Shown piece by piece: positions 21,899-32,620 of a stretch of DNA of 64,000 nucleotides. Where the stretch lies: the NCBI GenBank assembly GCA_020348925.1, contig CP070758.1, forward strand, positions 4,169,688-4,233,687. Direction: 5' to 3'. The DNA is from Gemmatimonadota bacterium. Lineage in GTDB: Bacteria; JBHIER01; G020348925. The translations under genes and the position numbers were made by a program. Within the stretch, counting starts at the first letter, position 1, and the number at the start of each line of letters is the position of its first letter. The notes under the pieces are model-generated. The model saw nothing but the letters and a program-made list of their open reading frames with translations, was not told the origin of the DNA and did not search any database.

Positions 21899-24800
21899 TA
21901 CCTAATATCTGTGATGGGATTGAACGGATTCGGACAGTTCTGGAACAATGCAAACACGTCCGGACTCTGATGCTGAGTGTGAGTGATCCCGACATCCCCT
22001 GACACTGCCACAGTGATGGGTCTGCTGTAGAGTGTCAATTCGGTGGCGATCGTGTTGTTGATCTTGCATATATACGAACCAGCATGGGATGAATCCACTG
22101 AAGCAATCACATATGAACTGTTTTCCGCCCCTGGAATATCGACTCCATCTCTCATCCATTGGTATTGATTGGCCGTACCACCGACAGTCACGGCCAGCTC
22201 CAGGCTTGAGCCTTGATTAACTGTGGTATCCTGTTCTTCGCCCACACTATCCTGAGGTACATAGACAAAACCAGGAACAAAGATGTTCGGTTCGATATCC
22301 TCGAAGGTGAATTTGTTGGAGTAAATTTGCAAATCTGTTAAACTTGTGTCTGCGGATAAATCTGGTAAATCTGTCAATGAATTCATATGAATTCTTAGAT
22401 TACTTAATGTGAGCATATGTGCGCATCCATCGGGAATGGCTCCTGAAAGTTGATTAAAACTGAGATATAACCGTTGCACATTGGTGAGATTACCAATTTC
22501 TGAAGGAATGGAACCAGAGAACTGATTTTCATGAAGGTATAAAAGTGTTACATTTGTCAAATTGCCGATTTCAGCGGGAATGGAACCTGAAAGTTGATTT
22601 CCATACAGTGATAACTCTTCTAAATGAGTCAGATGCCCGATCTCAGTTGGAATTGATCCTGAAAGTTGATTGCCGCCAAGATACAAACTTTCAAGATCGG
22701 TGAGGTTTCCGATTTCAGGTGGTATGGAACCTGAGAGATTATTGCTATGAATGTTCAAGGCTCGTAACCTATTCATGTTTCCAATCTCTAGTGGAATGGA
22801 ACCTGAAAGTTGATTGTTGAAAAGAACCAAAAACTGCACATTCACCAAATTACCTAACTCTGGTGGAATAGAACCTGAAAGTTGGTTTGAATTGAAATAA
22901 ATTCCTCCTCTTAACTGCACTAAATTACCGATTTCTGGTGGGATTGAATCCTCGAGTTGGTTTTCGCTCAAATACAGATCCATTAAACTTTCTAAATTCC
23001 CTATCTCTGTCGGGATGGAACCTGTAAGTTCATTGTCCTTTAAATAGAGGTACTCGACATTGGATAAATTTCCGATTTCTGAAGGAATGGCACCTGTAAG
23101 GTAATTATGGGAAAGATATAATCTTTCCAGATTTGTCAGATCACCGATTTCAGGGGGAATTATCCCCACTAAATTGTTTTGCTCTAAATCTATCTCAGTC
23201 ACTCGTCCACCAGATACGGTAACTCCATACCATGATGAAACAGGTCCAGTCAACCAGTTGGTATTGTCAGTCCAGTTCGCCCCATCCGTGCTATCATACA
23301 GGGCAACGAGGGCGAGAGAGTCCTGCTCGAATCCTAAACTTTTTACAACTACATCAATGGGCCTGCTGTATAATGTCAATTCAGTGGCCACTGTATTAGT
23401 AATCTCGCACACATAGGTTCCTGCATCGGAGAGCTCCGCCGAAGCGATTGTATACGAACTGCTGTTGGCCCCTGGAATATCGACTCCATCTCTCATCCAT
23501 TGGTATTGATTGGCCGTACCACCGACAGTCACGGCCAGCTCCAGGCTTGAGCCTTGATTGACTGTGGTATCCTGTTCTTGGCCCACACTGTCCTGAGGTG
23601 AATAGACAAAATCGGGAACACCGATATTGGGTTCGATATCCTCGAACGTGAATTTGTTGCCCTGGATTTCCAATTGTGTCAATGTAGTGATAGAAGAAAG
23701 ATCAGGCAGATCAATAAAATGATTATCGAACAATTGGAAATCTGTTAATTTATGAAGGCTAACTAACTCTGGTGGGATCGCACCTGAAAGCTGATTTCTC
23801 TCAAGATATAAAAATTCTAAATTTGTTAGATTGCCGATTTCAGGGGGAAGGGAACCGGAGAGTTGGTTGTCATAGAGATACAAACGTTCTAAATTTGTGA
23901 GATTACCGATTTCAGGGGGAATAGAGCCTGAAAGTTGGTTATCGTGGAGAAATACTCTTGTCAAATTGGTCAGGTTACCGATTTCAGGGGGAATGGAACC
24001 TGAAAGTTGATTACCATACATATATAATTCTTCTAAATGAGTGAGATCCCAGATTTCAATTGGAATTGATCCTGAAAATTCATTGCTACTGAGACTGATA
24101 ACTATCAAATTGGTCAGGTTCCCGATCTCAGTTGGAATAGATCCTGAAAGCTGATTGATGTGAAGATCTAGTACAGTTAAATTGGTTAAATGAAATATTT
24201 CGGCCGGGATTGGACCTGAAAGTTGATTTTGATTGAGTTTTAACAATTCCAATTTCGAAAGGTTGCCAATCTCTATTGGGATGGTGCCTGAAAATTGATT
24301 AGCGTAAAAATCTAATTTTTCAAGATTGGTGAGGTTTCCGATTTCAGGAGGAATAGTGCCTGTAAATGAATTTTCATACAATCTTAATGTTGTCAATTGT
24401 GTTAGATTTCCTATTTCCTCAGGAATAGAACCACTCAATTGATTGCGAGACAGGTTCAGATTCGTCAGATGTACTAGATTAAAAATTTCAAGAGGAAGGG
24501 AATTTTCGAGCTGATTCGTATGAAAATTTAGATAGGTCAACTCGTTTAGATTACCAATCTCAGGAGGAATTGATCCTGACAATTGATTGTAATAGAGAGC
24601 CAATTCTTCCAGGTCTATCATATTACCGATTTCAGCCGGAATCTGACCTGTTAGCTGATTGTCATCGAGCCGTAACAAGATTAAATGGACGAGATTACCA
24701 ATCTCAGGGGGTATGGAACCTGCAAGTTGATTGTTGTATAGAATTAAGCTCTGTAGATTTGTTAGATTGCCAATTTCAGGAGGAATTGATCCAACCAAGT

Positions 24801-26532
24801 TATTGCCATTCAAAGAGACTGTAGTTACACGACCACCCAATACACCAACTCCATACCAGGTGGAAACTGGACCTGTCAGCCAGTTGGTGTTGTCTGTCCA
24901 GTTGGCCCCATCCGTGCTATCATACAGGGCAACGAGGGTGAGAGAATCCTGCTCTAATCCTAAACTTCTTACGAACACATCAACGGGTCTGCTGTATAGT
25001 GTCAATTCAGTGGCCACAGTATTGGTAATTCTACACATGTAGATTCCTCCATCGGAGTATTCCGCTGAAGCGATTGTATATGAACTGCTGTTCGCCCCTG
25101 AAATATCGACCCCATCCTTCATCCATTGATACACATTGTTCGAACCTCCGACAGTAACTCCAAGCTCCAGGCTCGAGCCTTCATCTATGGTTGTATCCTG
25201 TTCTTCGCCCACACTATCCTGGGGTGAATACACAAAACCATTCAAGCCAACATTGGGTTCAATATCCTCAAAGGTGAGTTTGTTGTTTTGGACTTCTAAT
25301 TCCTGAATAGAGGAACTCATAGGACTGCTGATATAATCAGGCATATCAACCAGTTGATTATTATATAACAATAAGGTTTCCAAATTCACAAGATCACCCA
25401 GCTCAGATGGAATAGTCCCACTTAACTGATTCTCAGCGATAGTCAATGAGTTCAAATTCGTCAGATTGCCTAATTCGGAGGGAATTGTTCCAATGAATTG
25501 ATTACCGCGGAGATTCAAATTTTGCAAATTCGAAAGATTACCTAATTCTACCGTTATAGTACCAGTTAATTGGTTATCACTAAGTAGCATAAGTTGCAAA
25601 TTGGTCAAATTGCCCAATTCAGAAGGAATACTTCCGCTCAATTGATTATCATAAAGGTAAAGATATCGCAAATTGGATAGATTGCCCAACTCGGGTGGAA
25701 TAGACCCACTCAATCGATTTTGATAAAGAGACAAATTTTGTAACTGAGACAGATTGCCTAATTCTATTGGTATAGCGCCCGTTAATTGATTATTGCGGAG
25801 ATTTAAATATTGCAGACTGGACAGATTACCCAAGTCAGGCGGAATACTACCGCTTAATTGATTATTAAAAAGATACAATCTCTGCAAATTGGATAGATTA
25901 CCTAATACGGGCGGTATACTGCCGCTTATTTGATTATTTTGGAGATCCAAACGTTGCAACTGAGATAGATTGCCTAATGCTGAGGGGATACTGCCGTTTA
26001 ATTGATTATCACTGAGATATAAACGTTGCAAATTGGACAGATCGCCTAATGCTGATGGGATACTGTCAGTGAACTGATTGGCATGAAGATACAATTCTTG
26101 CACATTCAAAAGATTTCCCAACTCGGTTGGGATACTACCATTTAACTGGTTATTATTGAGTTCTAAAAGTCTCAAATGAAACAGACCGCCCAATTCAACC
26201 GGGATTGCGCCGCTTAATTGATTCGTATGGAGAGACAAAGTTTGTAAACTGTCCAGATTATCAAGTGTCGGCGGAATGGTTCCGATCAAATTATTATTAT
26301 TCAGAGAAATTTCCGTCACTCGTCCTTCAGATACCGTAATCCCATGCCATGTTGCAATAGGACCTGTCAGCCAGTTGGTGTTGTCCGTCCAGTTTGCCCC
26401 ATCGGTGCTGTCATACAGGGCCACAAGCGCCAGGGAATCCTGTTCGCTCACCTGGGCTTCGGCTGTTTGATTCATCCCGATGAAGAGGGAAAAAATCAAA
26501 GCAACCGAGAGAATAACGACCATCTTTTTCAT
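21899..26532 (-). CDS. Large secreted leucine-rich-repeat protein: 3 x [N-cap + plant-type 24-aa LRR array + Ig-like domain] and the start of a T9SS/FlgD-like C-terminal domain, truncated by the gap
   Basis: Signal peptide; cap QDSLALVALYDSTDGANWTDNTNWLTGP x3; repeats LxxLxLxxNQLSGSIPxEIGNL; Ig YQWMRDGVDIPGA..GxYxC x3; FALFQNCPNPFNP. Confidence 0.92.
22127..23559. repeat. 92-bp identical intragenic direct repeat (22127-22218 and 23468-23559) in the Ig domains of LRR modules 3 and 2
   Basis: gcccctggaatatcgactcc...caggcttgagccttgatt occurs twice; flanks near-identical. Confidence 0.88.
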
Positions 26533-26760
26533 GTCACCCTCCTTGTAGAGTGGATGGTTTTCTGAAATATTATTGTCTACTTCAGCTTTCGTATTGTCTC
26601 ATTGTATGAAATACAGTTTCCCCATAACTACCCAATTGTGAATTACCAAGAATCCACGGGACGAAGAACGCCTTTACCAAGAGTCACAGAGTTCACCGCA
26701 ACAGGAGCATCTTCTTGAGGGCTTGAAATAGCAGGATTTTCGAGGATGAACTTATTTCCC

Positions 26761-29700
26761 TCATTTTTTCGATTCCAGAGTTTCAACCCTCTGTTTTAAC
26801 GCCTCATTTTCCGCCTTTAGCTCTTTTATTGCGTTCAGCATTGTCCAGAGTATTGGATCATTATCCACAACAAGGAATCCATGATCAGCTTCACGCACTG
26901 CTTCCGGGATAACTTCCTGAACATCCTGAGCAACCAATCCAATATATTCCTGCTCTGAAGGAGCCCCAAGTTGATTCTCTTCTTTATATTGGTAGCGAAT
27001 TGGCTGGAGCTTCAAAACTTTTTCAATACCATCTTTAAACTCGCCCTTAATATCTTTCAATCTCTTGTCTGAGAGGGTACCCCAACTTCCCCCGCCGATC
27101 TTTTCTGCGGTGCTGCTGTTTACACCGAGGGAACCGTTGACATATAATTTGTAACTTCCCGGATTCCCGGTTCCTACACTGGTACTCCCATCCTCTTTTA
27201 CCTTAAAAACCTCATGCCAACCCCCTACCCAGCTGTCACCCCTGATAAGGTATCCACTGCCGTGCTGGGATATGACCATGACACCATCACTCGTATTGCA
27301 ATCCAGGGTTAAAGCCATCCCATCAGAGGCATGATTGACAATATGAGCGGTTGAACCGTCATATCCACTGTTTCCTCCGACCACTGCTAATTGATGATCT
27401 CCAGGATCGTTTGTCTCTATGCCGACACCGCCATAAGCTTTAATAATGAATTGGCCCAGCCCAGTCGAAGAGAAATCGTAAATTGAATTATCACTCCAGA
27501 CAAAGCATCCATCATGGTTGGCGAGTGCCCTATGCCCGGCGGCAAAGGAAAATGTACCGTCGGCAATGTTCTCACTTCCTCCACCGACAGTTGAATAATG
27601 ACCATTGGCAGTATTGTCATATCCCCCAGTCACAGTAGCACCAGTGCCATTAGCAATATTTCCACGACCTCCTCCAATGGCGCTGTAGTTCCCACTTGCC
27701 GAATTGGAATCAGCAGCATCACCTCCCCCACCCCCACTAACCACGGAGCAGGTGCCCCGGGCCCTGTTATAGATGCCCCCGCCGACAGTGGCCCCCTCAC
27801 CAACGGTGATGTTAAACTTACCACCGGAGACTGTGGACTCATCGCCACTGGCAGTGTTGTTAGCTCCCCCCCCGATAGTTGATGTAATACCACTGGCAGT
27901 ATTGCTCCTACCTCCTCCGATAGTCGTCCACTCGTCCATTGCGTCGTTATGCTCACCCCCACCCACCGTGCTTACGTCGGCAAAGGTATAATTATCGTGG
28001 CCCCCAGCGATGGTTGACTTCCAGCCATGAGCGGTATTGTTCTCACCCCCACCAATAGTAGCCTTTTCACCAACGGCGGTGTTTTCCGACCCTCCACCAA
28101 TTGTGGATTCCTCACCACTGGCTGTGTTATCGTAGCCCCCACCTACGGTAGCTTTGTTGTTACTTGCTATATTATCTAAACCCCCGCCAATGGTGGAGTG
28201 GGTGTGACTGGCGGTGTTGCTAAATCCTCCGCCGACTGTAGATGTCATACCACCCGCGGTGTTACCAGTACCCCCTCCAACCGTAGCCAACGGACCGTTT
28301 GCATTGTTCCCTTCACCCCCACCAACAGTGGCGTGACTCTGGCTGGCAGTATTGTTACTTCCCCCACCGACGGTGGCGTTATATGCGTCATAGAGATCCG
28401 AATTGTCGTTACCAGTCTGGTTGTCCCGCCCCCCACCCACTGTGCCGTAATGGTCGGTTACGCGATTGATGCCCGCAACACTCCCACCACCACCAATTGT
28501 TGCACCAGCCACGCCGGTCGTAACACTGTTACCGCTGTAGCCTCCAATAAGATTGATACTCAGCTCACCCCAAAGATCCAAGTCAGACTCTAACCGCAGA
28601 GCCCGTCCTTCATCGACATGCAATTCCAGCGCATCGGCAGTAATCGTATTGTTCGTCCCATCGATCACAATCGAATTTCCACTGGTGATGGTTCCGCTGG
28701 TTTTGATATTTCCCTCAACATCCAGTTTCTCGGACGGATATGATGTTCCAATGCCAACGTCGCCGGTGCTGTTCATGAGAAGATCAGTACGAGTGTTTTC
28801 CATATTGGCTATAGAAAATATACCATCCCGATTGATTTTTAATCCAAGATCAGACCCGGTGAATTGTGCTACGTCTGTAGTCCCATCCACAAGAAGATAT
28901 AATGATGTCCGTGTTCCTCCTGCTGGATTGCCCAATATGAATGCTGCTTCTCCCCAACTGTTGTTTGGACTTCTATAGCTGACATGAAGCGGTGCCAGCG
29001 GGTTAGTGGTACCAATGCCAACATTTCCATCATCATCAACATAGACGGCATCAGTTGGATCGCCGTCTGCAGCATTCAGGGAAGAATGCTTGTGATCACC
29101 AGCTGCAACCTGGTCAGACTCCATACCAATATCTGCACTCACTGTCGCTGTCGGACCGGTGGGATTGATCACCACTATGCCAGTGCCAGCGTCTATCTGT
29201 GAGACGCCACCGGCCGCCCCAACATCGTCAGTGCCGTCGGCAAAGCCAGACGGAATGTCCTTAATCTTGTTCCAACTCACTGGATCCCCGGGCTCATTCA
29301 CCGTCCCATCATTGGTGTATAACTCTGTCTGGGTAAAATACCGGTCGTCATGCTGATGGCCTGAATCGGCAAAGGCACTGGCGTGTTTTCCGTCTACCTG
29401 ATCGGCATCAATACCGTTGCCGTGTCCCATGCTCAATAGGCCATTATCCAGAAGGCCGGAGGTGAGATCAGCCGCGTCATGGGTGTGATTGCCTGCAGCT
29501 ACTTGATCGGCACCGGCTCCGATGTCAGCAGCAACTGTTGCCGTCGGACCTGTGGGATTGGTTACGGTGATCCCGGTGCCGGCATCGATCTGAGAGACGC
29601 CTTCACCCGCAGCACCAACATCATCCGTCCCATCAACAAAGCCTTGGGGTACGTCAGTCAAATTATTCCAGCTCATACGATTCGATCCCTGGTTGGGAGA

Positions 29701-30216
29701 GTCACCATCAGATGTGCTCAGCTCAGTCTCAGTATAGTACCGGTCATCGTGCTGATGGTTAGAGTCGGCAAAGGCACTGGAGTGTTTTCCATTCAGCTTG
29801 TCAGTATTTTCTGCCGATGCAGCTGTGACGGCCGAGTCGGCCACCGCCGCCCGAAAGGCACCCGGTACACTGACGAGCCGGTACCTCGGTGTGAGCTCAT
29901 CACCGCCTGTCACTTGTATGCCAAGCCAGTACTTTCCATCAAAATCAAGATTCAGGGGTGCCGTCAGACCCAGAATGACATTATACATACCGTTCTCACA
30001 ATTCACACCGATTGTTTCTGTCCATTGAGCTGTCCCACCTGATTCGACACTATAAATACAAAAGGTGATTTCATACTGGCCGCTCAACGGAGTGCCGGTA
30101 CTGTCATGGAGTTTTCCCTGGAAACTGATGAATTTCGGCACATCTGCCAGGCACAAGTTTGCCATCACCAATACAGAAGAGATGGCTATTGCAACAAGCA
30201 ACATTCGCTTATCCAT
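26761..30216 (-). CDS. Secreted phage-tail-fibre-like protein with 14-aa GGG repeats and C-terminal peptidase S74-like intramolecular chaperone domain
   Basis: Signal peptide MDKRMLLVAIAISS (ATG 30216); xTVGGGxxNTA repeats; GIGTxxP motifs; LSDKRLKDI..LQPIRYQYK..IGLVAQDVQEVIPEAV and terminal coiled coil. Confidence 0.85.
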   Translation of the reverse strand: MDKRMLLVAIAISSVLVMANLCLADVPKFISFQGKLHDSTGTPLSGQYEITFCIYSVESGGTAQWTETIGVNCENGMYNVILGLTAPLNLDFDGKYWLGIQVTGGDELTPRYRLVSVPGAFRAAVADSAVTAASAENTDKLNGKHSSAFADSNHQHDDRYYTETELSTSDGDSPNQGSNRMSWNNLTDVPQGFVDGTDDVGAAGEGVSQIDAGTGITVTNPTGPTATVAADIGAGADQVAAGNHTHDAADLTSGLLDNGLLSMGHGNGIDADQVDGKHASAFADSGHQHDDRYFTQTELYTNDGTVNEPGDPVSWNKIKDIPSGFADGTDDVGAAGGVSQIDAGTGIVVINPTGPTATVSADIGMESDQVAAGDHKHSSLNAADGDPTDAVYVDDDGNVGIGTTNPLAPLHVSYRSPNNSWGEAAFILGNPAGGTRTSLYLLVDGTTDVAQFTGSDLGLKINRDGIFSIANMENTRTDLLMNSTGDVGIGTSYPSEKLDVEGNIKTSGTITSGNSIVIDGTNNTITADALELHVDEGRALRLESDLDLWGELSINLIGGYSGNSVTTGVAGATIGGGGSVAGINRVTDHYGTVGGGRDNQTGNDNSDLYDAYNATVGGGSNNTASQSHATVGGGEGNNANGPLATVGGGTGNTAGGMTSTVGGGFSNTASHTHSTIGGGLDNIASNNKATVGGGYDNTASGEESTIGGGSENTAVGEKATIGGGENNTAHGWKSTIAGGHDNYTFADVSTVGGGEHNDAMDEWTTIGGGRSNTASGITSTIGGGANNTASGDESTVSGGKFNITVGEGATVGGGIYNRARGTCSVVSGGGGGDAADSNSASGNYSAIGGGRGNIANGTGATVTGGYDNTANGHYSTVGGGSENIADGTFSFAAGHRALANHDGCFVWSDNSIYDFSSTGLGQFIIKAYGGVGIETNDPGDHQLAVVGGNSGYDGSTAHIVNHASDGMALTLDCNTSDGVMVISQHGSGYLIRGDSWVGGWHEVFKVKEDGSTSVGTGNPGSYKLYVNGSLGVNSSTAEKIGGGSWGTLSDKRLKDIKGEFKDGIEKVLKLQPIRYQYKEENQLGAPSEQEYIGLVAQDVQEVIPEAVREADHGFLVVDNDPILWTMLNAIKELKAENEALKQRVETLESKK

Positions 30217-30391
30217 TGGCTTTCTTCCTTTCTTCTTACACATGGATTCGGGTTTACACATTCTGCAATTTGTACCAACAAATATGCACCTCGGTCCGCC
30301 ACCAATTGAACAAAGCGTCATTCACAATTTGAGGTTTGATTCCATTATGGCCATGATCAAAAAATTAAGATCTTCGTATAATCCCCTGAAA

Positions 30392-30880
30392 TCAAGGCTC
30401 ACATTCGCCAAGGCCCAGAATCACGTTGACAATGCCCAGGCAATCGAGTACATCGATTTCACCATCCGCATTGCAATCGGCTCGGATAAGGGCGTCCCCT
30501 GTCAGAGGAGCAATGCCCAATATGTGATTGACTGTCGTCAACACATCCAGAATATTGATGCTCATATCTCCATTCACGTCGCCCCTCTGAGAGGTCGGCA
30601 GGCTATATTCATCCATTGTGCACGCCTGGAGTCCGGCAAAGACACAAAAATGTGAACTCTGTGAAATCCCTGAGGGCATCCCTTGCCCCACGGAGTTCCG
30701 CACACCAAAGCTGGTCGAATGTCCCGAACCACCTCCACTATTCATCACACAAGTTGTCATTCGAAAGTGAGGTTCGACCATCTGGGCGTCAACCGGGGAG
30801 AGCATAATTTGAAGCGTCGTGCCAAGGAGAAAAGCCGCTGGAACACACTGCCTTACCTTTTTTATGGTACTCATAATCAC
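30392..30880 (-). CDS. Small secreted protein with Gly/Ser-rich N-domain and C-terminal type I dockerin
   Basis: Signal-like N-terminus; paired EF-hand repeats GDVNGDMSINILDV and ADCNADGEIDVLDC. Confidence 0.8.
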   Translation of the reverse strand: MIMSTIKKVRQCVPAAFLLGTTLQIMLSPVDAQMVEPHFRMTTCVMNSGGGSGHSTSFGVRNSVGQGMPSGISQSSHFCVFAGLQACTMDEYSLPTSQRGDVNGDMSINILDVLTTVNHILGIAPLTGDALIRADCNADGEIDVLDCLGIVNVILGLGECEP

Positions 30881-30937
30881 ATCACCTTCCGTTGGTCGTT
30901 GAGTTTTCCGAGTCTCTCTGTGTGAAAGAGCCTATTC

Positions 30938-32608
30938 TCAGTCCTCCTGTATGGTCACCTGAAAACCCTTCAAAGTGAAAGGTCGATCAATAACGAGCAT
31001 GGCTGCGGAGTAAGTGTTGATTGTCCCGGCCTTGAAAATCAGGGTTGCATAATCTGGAGCCTCGTCTATTGCCTCCTCAATATTCTCGTAAGGATTATTG
31101 GGGGAACCGTCACCCGGGCTGTCGTCCCCCACAAACTTCACCACGTCTTCAGGAGCTAATTGAATAGCAATACTCTGATCGACTGGGCAGCATTGATCCA
31201 CAGTGAACCACCAGAAATCGTAATCCGCATTTCCCAGGTTCATGAGGAACTGGTCAGTGGCCCTGTTGTAGCCGAAGGCGAGAAAAGAATGGCCCCCGCA
31301 ACCCGGTCCATAGCCCGCCATACCCACGGGCCGAAGCCATTGAATCTCCTCGATCATCGTCTCGACATCACCGGGATCATCCCTCATTTGACCTTTGGCA
31401 TCGTGGTCGTAACGGAAATTATCCTCCAGAGCATCGACCATATCTCTCAACTGAGGATGCCACAGCCATGCTCCCGATCCCATGACCCCATAGTACATAT
31501 CGATGGCCACACCGGCGTGATGGCAGAGGATTGCCGCCGCCGTGTCCCCGGCATCCAGCGGATCGGCCGGATTGTTGGGATCGTTCAAATGGAGATCGTC
31601 CATGAGATCCCATCGATATGTGGTCGCCCCGAAATTGGCCGGACAGTTCGTAAACCCTCGCGTCAGCCTGTTATACAGGGCATTGAGTGCGTTTAAATAG
31701 GCCATGGAATCTGCTGCTGGACTGAGCGTACCGGCATGTTGCCGCGCACCTCCGATCAGACTCTCATCCCAGTAACCGGTCATTTCCAGCTCATCATTCA
31801 CGGCATCGTATCTGAGACGGCTGTCCCACGGCCACCACGGCACGGGAAAATTGGGATCATTTGCCAGCGGCTCGGTAATCCAGTTGTTCGTCCAGCGGTA
31901 CTCATAGTCCACACTGCGGCTACCCATCCCTGTATTCGGCCATCTCCAGTAATACATGATCTGTGCCATGGCCGTGCCGGTGCAGCCCACAACAACATAC
32001 CACGGGTTCGCCTCGGGCAGGACAGGGCATTCGCTGTTGTACGGCCAATTTTGTCTCCATCCGCACGTCATATCGATCACCATCGACTGCGGTCCGTCAA
32101 AGAAACCGATCTCCTTTGTCGGAACAATGCCGGCCATAAGATCCTGCCAGACATCCTCTCTCTGTGAGAGGATGTCTTCGTATTGAAGCACACTCCTGTC
32201 TTTATTCTCCAATCCTTCACGAAGACATTTCAGCCTGTTTTCAATCTCCCATAAAAAATACTGACAATGCGGATCTCGAGAGTCATACTTCCCGCGCGGA
32301 CTATAGATGGAGACGGGGAGAAGCAGCTGACTTGCACCACACAAACAGAAACCGCCACCGGACAGATGGGCGATATAGGCCACAATATCTCCGTCGACCT
32401 CATAGGGCTCCATTCGTTCGACAAATGCATCCGGCCTTGCCTCTGCCGTTACATACCGAACCCATGTTTCAACAGCGGCCTTCACCTCATGTTCACCGAG
32501 TTCTCTTGAATGGGCAAATGCAGAAAACAGAAGTAAGATTGCAATTGGCAGAAAACCCGGATGACTGAGCGTAACTGCAATTTGAATTCGAAACCGTTTC
32601 ATATTCAC
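30938..32608 (-). CDS. Secreted C10-family (streptopain-like) cysteine protease with prodomain
   Basis: Prodomain GGFCLCGA..LLPVSIYS; WRQNWPYN; VVGCTGTAMAQIMYYWRWP (catalytic Cys); GGHSFLAFGYN (His). Confidence 0.85.
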   Translation of the reverse strand: MNMKRFRIQIAVTLSHPGFLPIAILLLFSAFAHSRELGEHEVKAAVETWVRYVTAEARPDAFVERMEPYEVDGDIVAYIAHLSGGGFCLCGASQLLLPVSIYSPRGKYDSRDPHCQYFLWEIENRLKCLREGLENKDRSVLQYEDILSQREDVWQDLMAGIVPTKEIGFFDGPQSMVIDMTCGWRQNWPYNSECPVLPEANPWYVVVGCTGTAMAQIMYYWRWPNTGMGSRSVDYEYRWTNNWITEPLANDPNFPVPWWPWDSRLRYDAVNDELEMTGYWDESLIGGARQHAGTLSPAADSMAYLNALNALYNRLTRGFTNCPANFGATTYRWDLMDDLHLNDPNNPADPLDAGDTAAAILCHHAGVAIDMYYGVMGSGAWLWHPQLRDMVDALEDNFRYDHDAKGQMRDDPGDVETMIEEIQWLRPVGMAGYGPGCGGHSFLAFGYNRATDQFLMNLGNADYDFWWFTVDQCCPVDQSIAIQLAPEDVVKFVGDDSPGDGSPNNPYENIEEAIDEAPDYATLIFKAGTINTYSAAMLVIDRPFTLKGFQVTIQED

Positions 32609-32620
32609 AGCACCTCCTCC

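Noticed and set aside
22380-26300. 72-bp periodicity as a possible CRISPR array or DGR template/variable repeat
   Set aside because: Repeats are in-frame, degenerate LRR codons with no unique spacers; no cas or reverse transcriptase gene; no adenine-specific pattern was evident between copies
21784-26532. 1582-aa ORF and 109/115-aa ORFs reading through the N run
   Set aside because: Artefacts of translating across the gap; the tuf fragment and the LRR gene are separate
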